From NCBI GenBank assembly GCA_963826715.1, contig CAWGYA010000002.1:192001-256000 (forward strand): a stretch of DNA of 64,000 bases. The letters run 5' to 3'. Of the stretch, positions 19,620-30,132 are shown in pieces. A model generated the notes under the pieces. It saw only the letters and a program-made list of their open reading frames with translations. It was not told where the DNA came from and did no database searches. The stretch comes from Candidatus Bathyarchaeota archaeon (lineage in GTDB: Archaea; Thermoproteota; Bathyarchaeia; Bathyarchaeales; Bathycorpusculaceae). A program made the translations under genes and the position numbers. Position 1 is the stretch's first letter; each line of letters begins with the position of its first letter.

Positions 19620-20093
19620 TTATCGCTCCCTACGCAAGAAATCCCCGATATCCGAAACATTCCGAACTGCAATATCATTACTTTCATCTTTAGCACTCAG
19701 GTTTCCAACAATTTTGCCAAAACCTAAACATTCAGCGAATTCATTCTCCACCAAAACATTCGAGTTTTTCTTTGCGGAACCTAAAACGCGATGGATTCCT
19801 TTCACTAAGATGTCCCTTCCGCATATAAAAAGCCAAGCTGCTTTTGAATCAACTAATATTCGGTTTGCGTCCTTCTTTGATAGAATTGACAAGAGATTGA
19901 AACTTGGAAAGAACTTGCCTTCTTTAGCTTTGCCTAAATAAACTCCAACATAGAAAAAGTCTTGTTTAATCAAAGGCTTAAGAGCAGCATTCACAAGGTA
20001 GAAACGCCCGTTCTTCTCTACTGTAAATTCAGGGTTAAAGGCAATGTCTACTCCGAATGTTTGGGCAAAAGTGGTTATTGTTTTTGCTTTCAC
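19620..20093 (-). CDS. NIP7-like ribosome biogenesis PUA protein
   Basis: GVYLG...FFPS; AAWLFICGRDI PUA motif; coupled to m5C methyltransferase. Confidence 0.8.
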   Translation of the reverse strand: MKAKTITTFAQTFGVDIAFNPEFTVEKNGRFYLVNAALKPLIKQDFFYVGVYLGKAKEGKFFPSFNLLSILSKKDANRILVDSKAAWLFICGRDILVKGIHRVLGSAKKNSNVLVENEFAECLGFGKIVGNLSAKDESNDIAVRNVSDIGDFLRRER

Positions 20094-20977
20094 TGTTTTT
20101 TACTCCGTTTTAGTTTACAAATAAAAAAACCTTGTGTTTGACCCGGCCAAATTCTTCTACACTGTGCCAACGAAGGATCTAATCTTTTGCCGAAAACCTC
20201 CACTAAGCCCTCACTGCCAATGCAATCGATTGGTTGAATTTCGAGGCTCAAGTTATGGATTGCCCAATCGATGTTCAACTCGTCCTCTTCAGGCTCAAGT
20301 GAACATGTTGAGTAAACCAATTCTCCGCGATCGCTTAGACATTGAACAGCTGATTTTAATAATTCTCGCTGCTGGGCAGCGTTACGTTCTATATCTTGTA
20401 AAGAGCGGTTTCTAAACCAATTTTTGTCTGATGCAAAATTGCCTGAGCACGGGGCATCCAATAACACCGAATCAAATTTGATGCCTAAACTGGGCGCTTG
20501 CCTCGCATCCATAAGATAAACAACGACATTGGCGATGTGACATCGTTCTAGATGATTACACAAAGCTGTTAAGCGACGTTTATCCACATCAAGCGCTATT
20601 ATTGCACCCGTGTTTGCCATAATATTAGCTAACTGAACCGTTTTACCGCCCGGAGCTGCAGCGCAGTCGAGGATTTTTTTGTTTTTTAAATCCGAAAATA
20701 CCGAAATTGGAATTTGTGCGGCGGCTTCCTGAATTGAATATAAACCTAAGAGATATTCCGCGGTCGCTCCGACGGAAACTGTTGATTCCACTACCCAGTA
20801 ACCATCGGTGAGGAAGGGGATTTTTTTAAGTTGTACGCCAAGATTTGCTAGGCGCCCCACCACATTTTTTCCTTTGACATTTTGAGTGTTTATGCGGATG
20901 GATTGTTGAAGCTTGACATCTTTCTGGTTCCAGCCTAGCAGACGATAACGATTTTGGAAGAACTCTTTGCCTGACAT
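20090..20977 (-). CDS. RsmB/NOP2 family RNA m5C methyltransferase
   Basis: DCAAAPGGKT, LLDAPCSG, VYSTCS. Confidence 0.93.
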   Translation of the reverse strand: MSGKEFFQNRYRLLGWNQKDVKLQQSIRINTQNVKGKNVVGRLANLGVQLKKIPFLTDGYWVVESTVSVGATAEYLLGLYSIQEAAAQIPISVFSDLKNKKILDCAAAPGGKTVQLANIMANTGAIIALDVDKRRLTALCNHLERCHIANVVVYLMDARQAPSLGIKFDSVLLDAPCSGNFASDKNWFRNRSLQDIERNAAQQRELLKSAVQCLSDRGELVYSTCSLEPEEDELNIDWAIHNLSLEIQPIDCIGSEGLVEVFGKRLDPSLAQCRRIWPGQTQGFFICKLKRSKKQ

Positions 20978-21046
20978 CGAGACTCAATAACGGTGGGGAT
21001 GTCTAAAAGCTTTTAGGGAGAACGACCCATCTATTTGTGAGCTGAA

Positions 21047-21454
21047 ATGTCCAAAATTGTCCGTGTAGGCGTAACTTTTCCTCCAGATCTGCTCAATGAT
21101 TTTGATGACATTATTTCAAAGATGGGTTATGAAAGTCGCAGCAAAGCCATTCAGGACGCCGTGAGGCTCTATGTTTCTGAGCGTAAATGGCTAAAAGAAG
21201 AGGACGCAAATCAAACTGGCGTAATATTGATGGTCTACGACCACGACACAAGGGGTCTTGAGAGGGAGTTGACCGAAGCCCAGCATCACCATACTGACCT
21301 GATCTCCTCCACGATGCATATTCATCTAGGCGAACATGATTGTCTTGAAGTTATTGCTGTCAAGGGAAAAGGCTCAGAGATACGTCACCTAAGTGATGAC
21401 TTGGCAACGCGTCGGGGCGTAAAAATACTTAAATCCATGATTGTGTCGGTTTAG
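21047..21454 (+). CDS. nikR: Nickel-responsive regulator
   Basis: RHH N-terminus (SRSKAIQDA); YDH, HIHL..HDCLEV. Confidence 0.93.
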   Translation: MSKIVRVGVTFPPDLLNDFDDIISKMGYESRSKAIQDAVRLYVSERKWLKEEDANQTGVILMVYDHDTRGLERELTEAQHHHTDLISSTMHIHLGEHDCLEVIAVKGKGSEIRHLSDDLATRRGVKILKSMIVSV

Positions 21455-22362
21455 CTTTTCACTTCAAACATACGTTCCAGAGAAGCGCGCGCTTTCTTTG
21501 CTACCTCAGGGGGAACCGAAACAACATTTTTCTCGTCTTTAAGCGACTCATAAATGCTTTCGAGAGTTGTCATTTTCATATTGGGACAGATGGCCCTTTC
21601 AGAAGCTAAATAGAACTTTTTTGTAGGATTCTCCTTCTGCAGGCGATGCAAGATACCTTGTTCGGTACCGACAATGAATTCTTGAGCTGACGATTCTTTA
21701 GCATACTTACAAAGCTTTGAGGTACTTCCGATAAAGTCTGCCACAGCACGCATTTCCCCTGTACATTCTGGATGAACCATAACTATAGCTTTAGGATGCA
21801 CCATTTTTATTGCTTTAACGTCTTCTGGTTGAAAAATAATATGTGTTGGGCAGTGACCATTTTTCGGGATAGGAATTATAGTTTTGCCGGTCTTTTCGGC
21901 GACGTATTCGGCAAGGTTCTTATCGGGACCAAAAATAACGGTGTCGGAGTTAAGGGAGTTTATTACTTCCACCGCATTGGCGCTTGTGCAGCACACGTCC
22001 GCTTCAGCTTTGCATGCAGCTGAGGTGTTAACGTAGAGCACTACAGGCACATTGGGATATTGTTTTTTGGCTCGTTTAATATCATCTGCATTAAGCATTT
22101 GTGCCATTGGGCAACGTGCACAAATACAGGGCAGGAGGACCTTTTTAGTAGGATTAACAATTACTGCAGATTCTGCCATAAAATCTACCGCTGCAAAAAC
22201 AATGAGTTCTGCATCTGTTTCTTGATGTGCTTTTTGACTCAACTCTATACTATCGCCCACATAATCCGCTATATCTTGGATTTCTGGGCGTTGATAATTA
22301 TGTGCCAGTATTATGGCTTTTTTTTCTTTTTTGAGGTTTTGGATTTTCTGTTTTAAATCCAT
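21451..22362 (-). CDS. nadA: Quinolinate synthase
   Basis: ILAHNYQ, GDS, YVNTSA, HPEC, CPNMK. Confidence 0.95.
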   Translation of the reverse strand: MDLKQKIQNLKKEKKAIILAHNYQRPEIQDIADYVGDSIELSQKAHQETDAELIVFAAVDFMAESAVIVNPTKKVLLPCICARCPMAQMLNADDIKRAKKQYPNVPVVLYVNTSAACKAEADVCCTSANAVEVINSLNSDTVIFGPDKNLAEYVAEKTGKTIIPIPKNGHCPTHIIFQPEDVKAIKMVHPKAIVMVHPECTGEMRAVADFIGSTSKLCKYAKESSAQEFIVGTEQGILHRLQKENPTKKFYLASERAICPNMKMTTLESIYESLKDEKNVVSVPPEVAKKARASLERMFEVKS

Positions 22363-22755
22363 GGTTTCTACCAGTTGAAATGTGTGAAAAGAAACTGATT
22401 TAGTATGAGATATATCCTTTTACCTTTTATTGCGACGCTTTAACCTTAAGACTACACGAAACAAGTTTTCAGTGATATATGATTTCCAGCCAATCAATTC
22501 ATCTTAGTTGTATCTGCATCAAAAGATTCACAAAAAACTGTTTACGCAATATAAATAGTGAGGAGTGAATTGTAAGTACGACAAAGAATTTTTGAATAAC
22601 TTTAGGTACCAATTTTCCTTGCAGTGTAAGCTGCCTTTTGCGAAAAGTTTTCGGCCCGTCAGAAATGCTCCAATAATCGACCACAGTTATAGCCGATTGC
22701 ATTTGGATAAAGTATATAACAACATGTTGCACCGTCAGTTGATGTTGACGCTGCG

Positions 22756-23832
22756 ATGGAGCCTCCGAAAGCAAAACTTACATGGAAGACACTGCTGTTT
22801 CCACTACTGGGAATAGTAACTTTTTTCCTGTATATTTTGCTTTTTAATGTTGACATTGTAGGCATTTTTGCAACAGCTCAAAAGGCAAACCCTCTTATCT
22901 ACGCAGCAGCCATCGCATGCGGAATTCTTGAAGTTTTTTTCTATACAGTCTCATGGCATACCCTAACGAACCATCTCTGCATCAAAATGACCCTAAAAAA
23001 AGCATTCCTTTACGTATGGTATGGTCTCTATGTCGACATAATTGTCCCAGCCGAATCAATCAGCGGCGAAGTCACCCGGACATATTTAATAACACGTGAC
23101 CAATGCGGTACAGCTGGTAAAGCTGCAGCATCCCTGTTCGCCCATCGCCTATTGGGTATGACAATGAATGTCATCATTCTAGTAGCGGGGATAGCTTTGC
23201 TAACTACTGAGGGGGAAGTAAATAGTCTCGTTTTTAACCTAATTGTATTCATAGCCGTTGGGATTACTGTTGTAATCGCTGCCATGGCAGTACTTGCATT
23301 TAAGAAAAAATGGACCCAAAAAATCATTCAAGGTGTCACAAAGATTGCCGGCAAAATCTCACGCGACAAATGGAAGCTCACCAAATTTCAAACCGAAGCT
23401 TTTGAAATCACCGACCACTTCCACGAGGGCATGAGCGCATATCGGCATAACAAAAAGCCCTTTGCACAGTCGCTCTTCTATCTTGTAGTAACTTGGTTAT
23501 TCAGTTTAAGCATCCCCTACCTCGTTTTCCTGTCACTTGGGTATCCAGTTTCATGGGGTATAATCTTAATTACCGCTGCCATTGTTTTAGCAGTAAAATC
23601 CATTCCGGTAGGTATTCCGTTTGAAGTAGGCATCCCCGAAGCAACAATGACAACCCTTTATATCGCTATGGGAGTTGACCCTTCTCTTTCAGCTACAGCA
23701 ACAATCCTAACACGTATTATCACTTTATGGTTCCGTTTCTTCATCGGTTTTGCAGCTCAACAATACTTAGAGCTCAAACTCGTAACAAACAAAAACTCTG
23801 AAACAGAAAAAACTAAAAACATACTCAGTTAA
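22756..23832 (+). CDS. UPF0104 / LPG-synthase TM-domain (flippase-like) membrane protein
   Basis: Multi-TM; P...GE..R and P...G..EA motifs. Confidence 0.8.
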   Translation: MEPPKAKLTWKTLLFPLLGIVTFFLYILLFNVDIVGIFATAQKANPLIYAAAIACGILEVFFYTVSWHTLTNHLCIKMTLKKAFLYVWYGLYVDIIVPAESISGEVTRTYLITRDQCGTAGKAAASLFAHRLLGMTMNVIILVAGIALLTTEGEVNSLVFNLIVFIAVGITVVIAAMAVLAFKKKWTQKIIQGVTKIAGKISRDKWKLTKFQTEAFEITDHFHEGMSAYRHNKKPFAQSLFYLVVTWLFSLSIPYLVFLSLGYPVSWGIILITAAIVLAVKSIPVGIPFEVGIPEATMTTLYIAMGVDPSLSATATILTRIITLWFRFFIGFAAQQYLELKLVTNKNSETEKTKNILS

Positions 23833-23852
23833 TTAATACTTAAGTCTAAATT

Positions 23853-24305
23853 ATGGAAATAGAAATTAAAGTCGCAAGCGCTAAACTCCTCGATAAACTC
23901 TACCGCCTCGAGACAGAATGCTTCAATGAGGAAGCCTTCACCAAACAGCAAATAGCTTATCTTTTAACGGACTACAACGCCATAGCACTTATCGCAGAAG
24001 TCAATAATGAAATTGCGGGATTCATAATCGTCCAAATCGAAATATCTCAAACTGAATATGGACACATCATAACCATTAATGTAGCGTCCAGATGCAGACG
24101 TAGGGGAATCGGAACAAAAATGCTTACTGAAATCGAAAAACATCTAAAACAACGCGGTATAACTGAATGCTTCCTTGAAGTGCAAGAAGACAATAATGCA
24201 GCCATTAAACTCTATCATAAAATAGGTTATCAAACCGTAAGAAAAATAGAAAAATACTACGGGAAAAAAAATGCTCTCTACCTTAAGAAATCCCTTAAAA
24301 ATTGA
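23853..24305 (+). CDS. rimI: GNAT N-acetyltransferase (RimI-like)
   Basis: HIITINV...RRRGIG, LEV..DN..AIKLY.KIGY. Confidence 0.85.
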   Translation: MEIEIKVASAKLLDKLYRLETECFNEEAFTKQQIAYLLTDYNAIALIAEVNNEIAGFIIVQIEISQTEYGHIITINVASRCRRRGIGTKMLTEIEKHLKQRGITECFLEVQEDNNAAIKLYHKIGYQTVRKIEKYYGKKNALYLKKSLKN

Positions 24306-24379
24306 TGCCCTAAACAAGTGTTTTGATGCAAACAAAACTTTATATCAACTGGTACCCTAAAAATCATGGGTAGGGAGAG

Positions 24380-24649
24380 ATGGGAGAATTAAGTGGAAAA
24401 AAATCAAGAGAGCAAACTCTTGTACAGACAATTGTTTTTTTAATCCGTAATACGACGTGGAGATGCGGAAAACTTGAGAAATCTATTGTAAAGCACCTCT
24501 ACAAGAAGAACGAAAACTTTGGCAGACCTGGTGTGTCTGTCAGAGACATTATGATAAATCTCGGCATTACAGGCGAGAAAAAAGATGAGTGCCTTGACGC
24601 AATACGAAGGCTCGAAAAAAGAAATATAGTGAAGATAATGCTTCTCTAA
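24380..24649 (+). CDS. Hypothetical protein, possible wHTH
   Basis: 89-aa ORF with GGGAG SD; AIRRLEKRNIV. Confidence 0.6.
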   Translation: MGELSGKKSREQTLVQTIVFLIRNTTWRCGKLEKSIVKHLYKKNENFGRPGVSVRDIMINLGITGEKKDECLDAIRRLEKRNIVKIMLL

Positions 24650-24701
24650 ACCTTTTTTGATTTCTGGTTTTTTAATATTTGATATTTATTAGTGGAAAAA
24701 A

Positions 24702-26085
24702 TTATTTGAGAAGTTCTTCCTCGCTTGGCGGTTGCTTGATCAAGCCATGCTTCATAAGCAACTCAGTTGATGCACGTGCGTTTTTGATGATTGTTGATGC
24801 ACGCTCGTAAAGTTCGGCTCTGCTGGGTTTAACACGCGCCACACCCTGCTCTATAGATTTGAGTGCGCATGCAACGGCTTCTCTTGGAAAAACTTCCCAG
24901 TCATCCATCCGCGGCAGTAAATCCGTCTCAGAAATTCCTCGTTCCTCAGCATAATTGGCAAGTTCAGTTGCGGCCGCTATACACATATCATCGGTAATCG
25001 TTTTTGCTTTCACATCCAAAACGCCCCGGAATATGGCTGGGAATCCCATGCTGTTGTTTACTTGGTTGGGGAAATCGCTGCGTCCAGTAGCCACAACCCG
25101 TGCGCCTGCTTCTTGGGCTTCCCAGGGCCAAATCTCAGGAATCGGGTTTGCGCATGCGAACACTATTGCATCGCTAGCCATGCTCGTTACCCACTCTTTT
25201 TTGATTGTCCCCGGACCCGGCTTCGATGCTGCAACCACTGCATCTACGCCTTTGAAGGCTTCCTCGATTTCTCCTGTTCTGCCTTCAGCATTCGTTTTTT
25301 GGGTAACATCATACTTCCAGGGATCTTCGTCATTAGTGATATCTTTTCTACTGGTATGCACAACACCTTTACTGTCAGCTAAAATAATGTTACCTGGTTT
25401 AACACCCCACTTCATGAGAACATAGGCAGTTCGGATGTTGGCGGCGCCTGAACCTACCAACGTGATTAAACTCTCTTTGGGTTTTTTGCCAACAAGCTTA
25501 AAGGCGTTGATTAACCCTGCCTAGAATCACAGTGGCCGTACCCTGCTGGTCATCATGCCAAACAGGAATCTGCATTTCTGATCGCGCTTTCTCAAGAACC
25601 TGAAAACATTTTGGTTTTTCAATGTCTTCAAGGTTTATGCCACCAAACGAGGGCTCAAGAGCTTTGCAAATACGTACAATCTCGTCAGGATCCTTGGTGC
25701 GCAAACAAATCGGAAACGCATCAACGCCGCCGAGGTACTTAAAAATCAGAGCTTTTCCCTCCATTACTGGCATAGCCGCTTCAGCACCGATATTTCCTAG
25801 CCCCAGAACGCGAGTACCATCGGTAACTACTGCAACGTAGTTCCAGCGATTAGTTAACTCGAATGACTTATCGGGATCGGCTTCGATTTCTCGGCAAGCA
25901 GCGGCAACCCCAGGTGTATACCAAATAGCGAAGTCGTCTACACTTCGGATAGCACATTTGGGAATAACCTGCATTTTGCCTTCATAAAAACGGTGCATCG
26001 GAATGGAGAGTTGTGCGGGTTTTTTGGCTTTGGCAAGCAACTCGTCTACAGTGGGTTTCTGCGAGATATTTTCGGCGACCATCAA
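24702..26085 (-). pseudogene. NAD(P)-dependent malic enzyme split by a single +1 frameshift at ~25521 (pseudogene or sequence error)
   Basis: [32 protein letters not shown], then GSGAA, ANPIPEI, TGRSDFPNQVNN in the next frame. Confidence 0.85.
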
Positions 26086-26247
26086 GATGAACTCCTATTC
26101 AACTGGGAAAAACGCTGCTAAGCATTTAAGTTTTTATAAAAACTACCTATATAATGAATGAAAAATTATCTAATTTAAACGAAAGTTTTAATGAAAAAAA
26201 TATAAATCAAAAAAAGAAAAAATTTCTTTTCTTAACACTTTGGAAGT

Positions 26248-26829
26248 TTAGTATCTTGGCCTGTAACCGCCGCCACCACGTCGATCTCCACCGCCGCCGT
26301 AACCGCCGCCACCACGTCGATCTCCACCGCCGCCGTAACCGCCGCCACCACGTCGATCTCCACCGCCGCCGTAACCGCCGCCACCGCCGAATCCTCTTCC
26401 TCCGCCTCTGCCGCCTCGGAAGGGTCTGCGTTCTTGTTCATATTCTTTGCTTGAAACGTTGTTTTCTGTGTTTACTTCTGCAGTTAGTGGTTCTGCTGCG
26501 GGTTCAAGTTTGCCATATTTGCCTATGTTCAAACGAATATTGCCTTTGAAGAGTGTGACATAGCCGTTTTCAACGCGGAGTGTGTCGCCTTCGTTTACTT
26601 TTTCAATATTGTCATCCCATAGAGTAAGGTAAACTACACCTGTTTCGTCGCCGACGAGTGCATCGCTGACTTTGTGTGGTGAGCCGTCTCTGCCCATTGG
26701 AATTTCTCGGATTTCAGTTTTAGATACTACCTTGGCCGTGACATTAACTGCTTTAGATTGTGGGGTTAAGTCGCCGACTTTGGCTTCTACTGGTTCCTTT
26801 TTGTTTTCGAAAAAACCTTCTACAGCCAA
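26248..26829 (-). CDS. ssb: Single-OB-fold ssDNA-binding protein with RGG/YGG-rich tail
   Basis: VGDETG...LTLW, NGYV..FKG...LNIGKYG; likely TTG start 26829 after AGGTG. Confidence 0.9.
   Translation of the reverse strand: MAVEGFFENKKEPVEAKVGDLTPQSKAVNVTAKVVSKTEIREIPMGRDGSPHKVSDALVGDETGVVYLTLWDDNIEKVNEGDTLRVENGYVTLFKGNIRLNIGKYGKLEPAAEPLTAEVNTENNVSSKEYEQERRPFRGGRGGGRGFGGGGGYGGGGDRRGGGGYGGGGDRRGGGGYGGGGDRRGGGGYRPRY
26263..26385. repeat. Perfect 36-bp tandem repeat x3.4 encoding GGGGDRRGGGGY
   Basis: gtaaccgccgccaccacgtcgatctccaccgccgcc x3 plus a partial copy. Confidence 0.95.
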
Positions 26830-26954
26830 TTGATTCAACACCTATTTTGTGGTCTGAGGAACATTTAGATTTTCTGAGCACTTAAGTGTTTCGCTTTAAT
26901 ATTTTAAGGATATTTACGTTTTGCATATTAATACGACTTGCATTTTTTATTGCT

Positions 26955-27746
26955 ATGGAGAAAAAAGTGTTAACTATTGCATTAATTCTGATAGCTATCC
27001 TGGTTACGGGTGTTGCCGTGGCTATCTCCATGCATATACAGACATCACTACCAACTGCACCAGTTCAATACAGTTACATAATCGTGAAAACTTATCCCCA
27101 CGACAATTTAGCATTCACAGAGGGTCTGCTTTTTGATGGTTCTGACTTGTATGAAAGCACTGGTAAATTGGGAAACTCCTCGCTGCGCCGAGTTGATCTT
27201 TCCTCCGGTGAAGTAGAGAAACAGGTTAATTTGAGTGACACCCTTTTTGGTGAGGGTTTAGCGATAGTTAATGATTCGCTTGTGCAGTTAACGTGGCAAA
27301 ACCGCATCGGTTTTGTTTACGATAAAGAAACTTTTGCTTTGCTTAACACCTTCAGCTACCAAAGTGAGGGCTGGGGTTTAACTTTTGATGGCAAAACTCT
27401 CGTCATGAGCGATGGTTCTGCAAATCTTTACTATTTGGACCCCATCACTTACCAAACAGTTAGTCAAATCACAGTCAAAAACGGTAATTCAACTGTAACC
27501 AACATCAATGAGCTCGAGTACGTTAACGGGGATATATATGCAAACATCTGGCACACCCAGACAATTGTCATAATTAACCCACAAAATGGATATATAAAGG
27601 GCTGGATCGACTTGACTGGAATCTACCAGCCACACAGCTCAGAGGACGTTTTAAATGGTATAGCATATGACAAATCTTCTGATAGATTGCTAATTACTGG
27701 AAAATATTGGCCAAATCTCTACGAAATAATAATTGTACCAAAATGA
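26955..27746 (+). CDS. Glutaminyl-peptide cyclotransferase (plant/bacterial type)
   Basis: YPHD..AFTEGL, ESTG, FGEG, LTW, EGWG, NELE, NGIAYD; N-terminal anchor. Confidence 0.92.
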   Translation: MEKKVLTIALILIAILVTGVAVAISMHIQTSLPTAPVQYSYIIVKTYPHDNLAFTEGLLFDGSDLYESTGKLGNSSLRRVDLSSGEVEKQVNLSDTLFGEGLAIVNDSLVQLTWQNRIGFVYDKETFALLNTFSYQSEGWGLTFDGKTLVMSDGSANLYYLDPITYQTVSQITVKNGNSTVTNINELEYVNGDIYANIWHTQTIVIINPQNGYIKGWIDLTGIYQPHSSEDVLNGIAYDKSSDRLLITGKYWPNLYEIIIVPK

Positions 27747-27884
27747 CGCTGTTATTTCTCTGCGACTTATGCTCAAATTTAACTAATTAAATTCCTTGGG
27801 CAATTTGCCTCTCTTCTGAACTGATCGCATGGCAAAGAAACATTTTGCAGATATTTTTCAAGAAGAAAAATGTCTTTTGTCGCT

Positions 27885-28439
27885 TTAAGCTTTGTAGTTT
27901 TTAGGATCTATTGTGGCGAAGTTATTACCGCCTAAATGATAAAGATGCCGTGTCCGTTTGAGATCATAACCTGCATCAGTGAAGGCGCCTAAATCCGCGT
28001 AGGCCTCAAGTATTTTACCTACGAAGATAGTATGGTCCCCTGTAACCATTTGCCCATCGACTTCGCATTCAAGATGAGCGATGCATTCGCGGATTATTGG
28101 TGCCTTGACTATTTTTGCTGGAGCCGCTGTTAGGTTAGCTTTTTTGAATTTATCAAAACTTCTGCCTGTTAGGCTACCGCAGGAGTATACTGCCTGCAAA
28201 ATCTCGAGGGTAGGGATGTTTACAACGAATTCTCCTGATTCTTCAATTAAAGTGTGGCTGTGACGACCGGGTGCGAGACTGATGGCGACTAAAGGTGGCT
28301 TCTGAGAGGTCGGCATGGCCCAAGCAAGAGTGGTTACATTGGGTTTGCCACTGTTGCCAACGCAGCTCACCAAAACAACGTGCATAGGATTCATGAGCCG
28401 ATAAGCGTTGTTGATGTTAACAGAACTTTTGGAGGACAT
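27885..28439 (-). CDS. Flavin reductase-like (flavoredoxin) protein
   Basis: SGEFVVNIP, LECEV, GDHTIFVG. Confidence 0.9.
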   Translation of the reverse strand: MSSKSSVNINNAYRLMNPMHVVLVSCVGNSGKPNVTTLAWAMPTSQKPPLVAISLAPGRHSHTLIEESGEFVVNIPTLEILQAVYSCGSLTGRSFDKFKKANLTAAPAKIVKAPIIRECIAHLECEVDGQMVTGDHTIFVGKILEAYADLGAFTDAGYDLKRTRHLYHLGGNNFATIDPKNYKA

Positions 28440-28632
28440 TCAAATCAAAGAATAATTGAGGAAACTAGCTTATTTGTATTCTTGGTCTCAGTGGGTTTGG
28501 AGAACAAATGTCCCTTCGACCTATCCAGGGGTTAGCAAAATTGTGTGCCGTTCCACCTGTATTGACTAACAAAGTATAACCAAAATTCCAAATTCTGTGG
28601 TTTAGATACCTGTTCAACTTTCAATGATGCCT

Positions 28633-29787
28633 TTAGCTACGTTTGATATGAAACTGTTCAATGGTATCTTTGGCTTTTTCTCTGCGTTTCTGATGCTGCT
28701 CCAGGAAGATACTAAGTTTTTCAGCAATATCTTTTTTGCACTCCCCGCAAAGCATTTCTCCGCCTCGGCATTTGCGTTCACGCTCTGTTAGTTTAGAACT
28801 ATCTTCTTCAAAGAGAAACACGTAATACTGAAAAATGCTACAGACTGCCGGGTCAGCTCCTTCTTTGCGCTGCTCCGCCGCAGTTCCCTTGCCGCCAGTG
28901 AAGGCATTCCATATTTTCTTTTTCACAACATCAGGCTGGTCCACTGTGAATATACTGGTTTCAGGCAACGAAGCACTCATTTTGCCGCCCGCCCCCAATC
29001 CAGGGAGGAAGCGACAATGAATTTGCGCAGGTTTGTAATATCCCAGCTTCTGCGCCACATCGCGAGTAACGCGCCAATATGGATCTTGGTCTATGGCTGC
29101 TGGAATAAGCGCTGGAACGTTTTCGCCGGTAAGTTTCTTATGAATAAAGCATGGAGCGGCTTGAATTGCAGGCCAATACACCCATCCAATGTTGGTGCTG
29201 TCTTGGAAGCCAAAGCTACTACGAGCAGTACTATAAGTTATGCGTTTAGCTACTTCAAGAGTAATGTCGTAGAGCAGGTCTATGTCTTTTGTATCATAAA
29301 TAATGAAGGTATCATCAGGTTTGTAACCTAAAGCGATGAGGTCAAGCGCATTTTCGTAACTCCACTTTGCCGTATTTTTGAGATCAGCGTTATCGCTAAT
29401 AAGGTATTTCTCATCGTCAGTTATTTGAAAATAAAGACGTGTTTTAAATTTCTGTTGAATATGCAACGTAAAGATCCACGGCACCAAATGTCCAATGTGT
29501 ACGGGTCCACTAGGACCTCTGCCGGTATAGAGTACAAATTTTGTGCCATTATCATAGAGGTCAAGGATTGTCTCGAGATCTCGGTGGCTAAAAAAAATCT
29601 GACGTTCTAGCTGCAGATGTAGTTTATCGGTATATTTGCTGACTCGTGATAAGAGTTCGGGTGTAAGGGGTTGGGTGCCAAATTCCTTAATGAGACGTTC
29701 ATAATCCACTTTGCCTTTGACTTCCCAAGGAGTAACGACCATTTCGTTGTTGTTTTCTTCTGCAGTTGGTTGAGCCGTACTGTTCAC
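28633..29787 (-). CDS. trpS: Tryptophanyl-tRNA synthetase
   Basis: VTPW, YTGRGPS, HIGH, DQDPY, KMSAS. Confidence 0.97.
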   Translation of the reverse strand: MNSTAQPTAEENNNEMVVTPWEVKGKVDYERLIKEFGTQPLTPELLSRVSKYTDKLHLQLERQIFFSHRDLETILDLYDNGTKFVLYTGRGPSGPVHIGHLVPWIFTLHIQQKFKTRLYFQITDDEKYLISDNADLKNTAKWSYENALDLIALGYKPDDTFIIYDTKDIDLLYDITLEVAKRITYSTARSSFGFQDSTNIGWVYWPAIQAAPCFIHKKLTGENVPALIPAAIDQDPYWRVTRDVAQKLGYYKPAQIHCRFLPGLGAGGKMSASLPETSIFTVDQPDVVKKKIWNAFTGGKGTAAEQRKEGADPAVCSIFQYYVFLFEEDSSKLTERERKCRGGEMLCGECKKDIAEKLSIFLEQHQKRREKAKDTIEQFHIKRS

Positions 29788-30132
29788 CGAGCCTTTTAGA
29801 GGAGAAACGGTGTTTTGTCATATATGCTTTTTCGAGATTAAAAAAGAGTAATAACAGAAAATTCAGCGAAATGGAAAATTTATCGACCATTAAAATATTT
29901 TTTTAAGTCCAAATAAACGTAAATTCCTTGGAGATAGAACCTAATTATCAATTTTTTTATTCTTTCCAGTTAATTTGGCAGAAGAAGAAGCAACCCCCCA
30001 CCAAGTCATTTCTTCTATTGAAAACAAAAATCTGTTTTTTATTCGATTTTTTAATTAGCCCCTTTTATTGCTAAGGTTTACTGTTTCGTTAAGCAACCAC
30101 AATAAACAAACCCTACTCACTAAACAAAAAAA

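Noticed and set aside
26263-26385. 36-bp repeats as a CRISPR array
   Set aside because: Units are head-to-tail with no spacers, lie in frame within ssb, and no cas genes are present
26154-26549. Plus-strand ORF with (RRNRRHHVDLHR)n and alternate-frame (AAVTAAVEIDVV)n ORF
   Set aside because: Shadow frames of the SSB glycine-rich repeat
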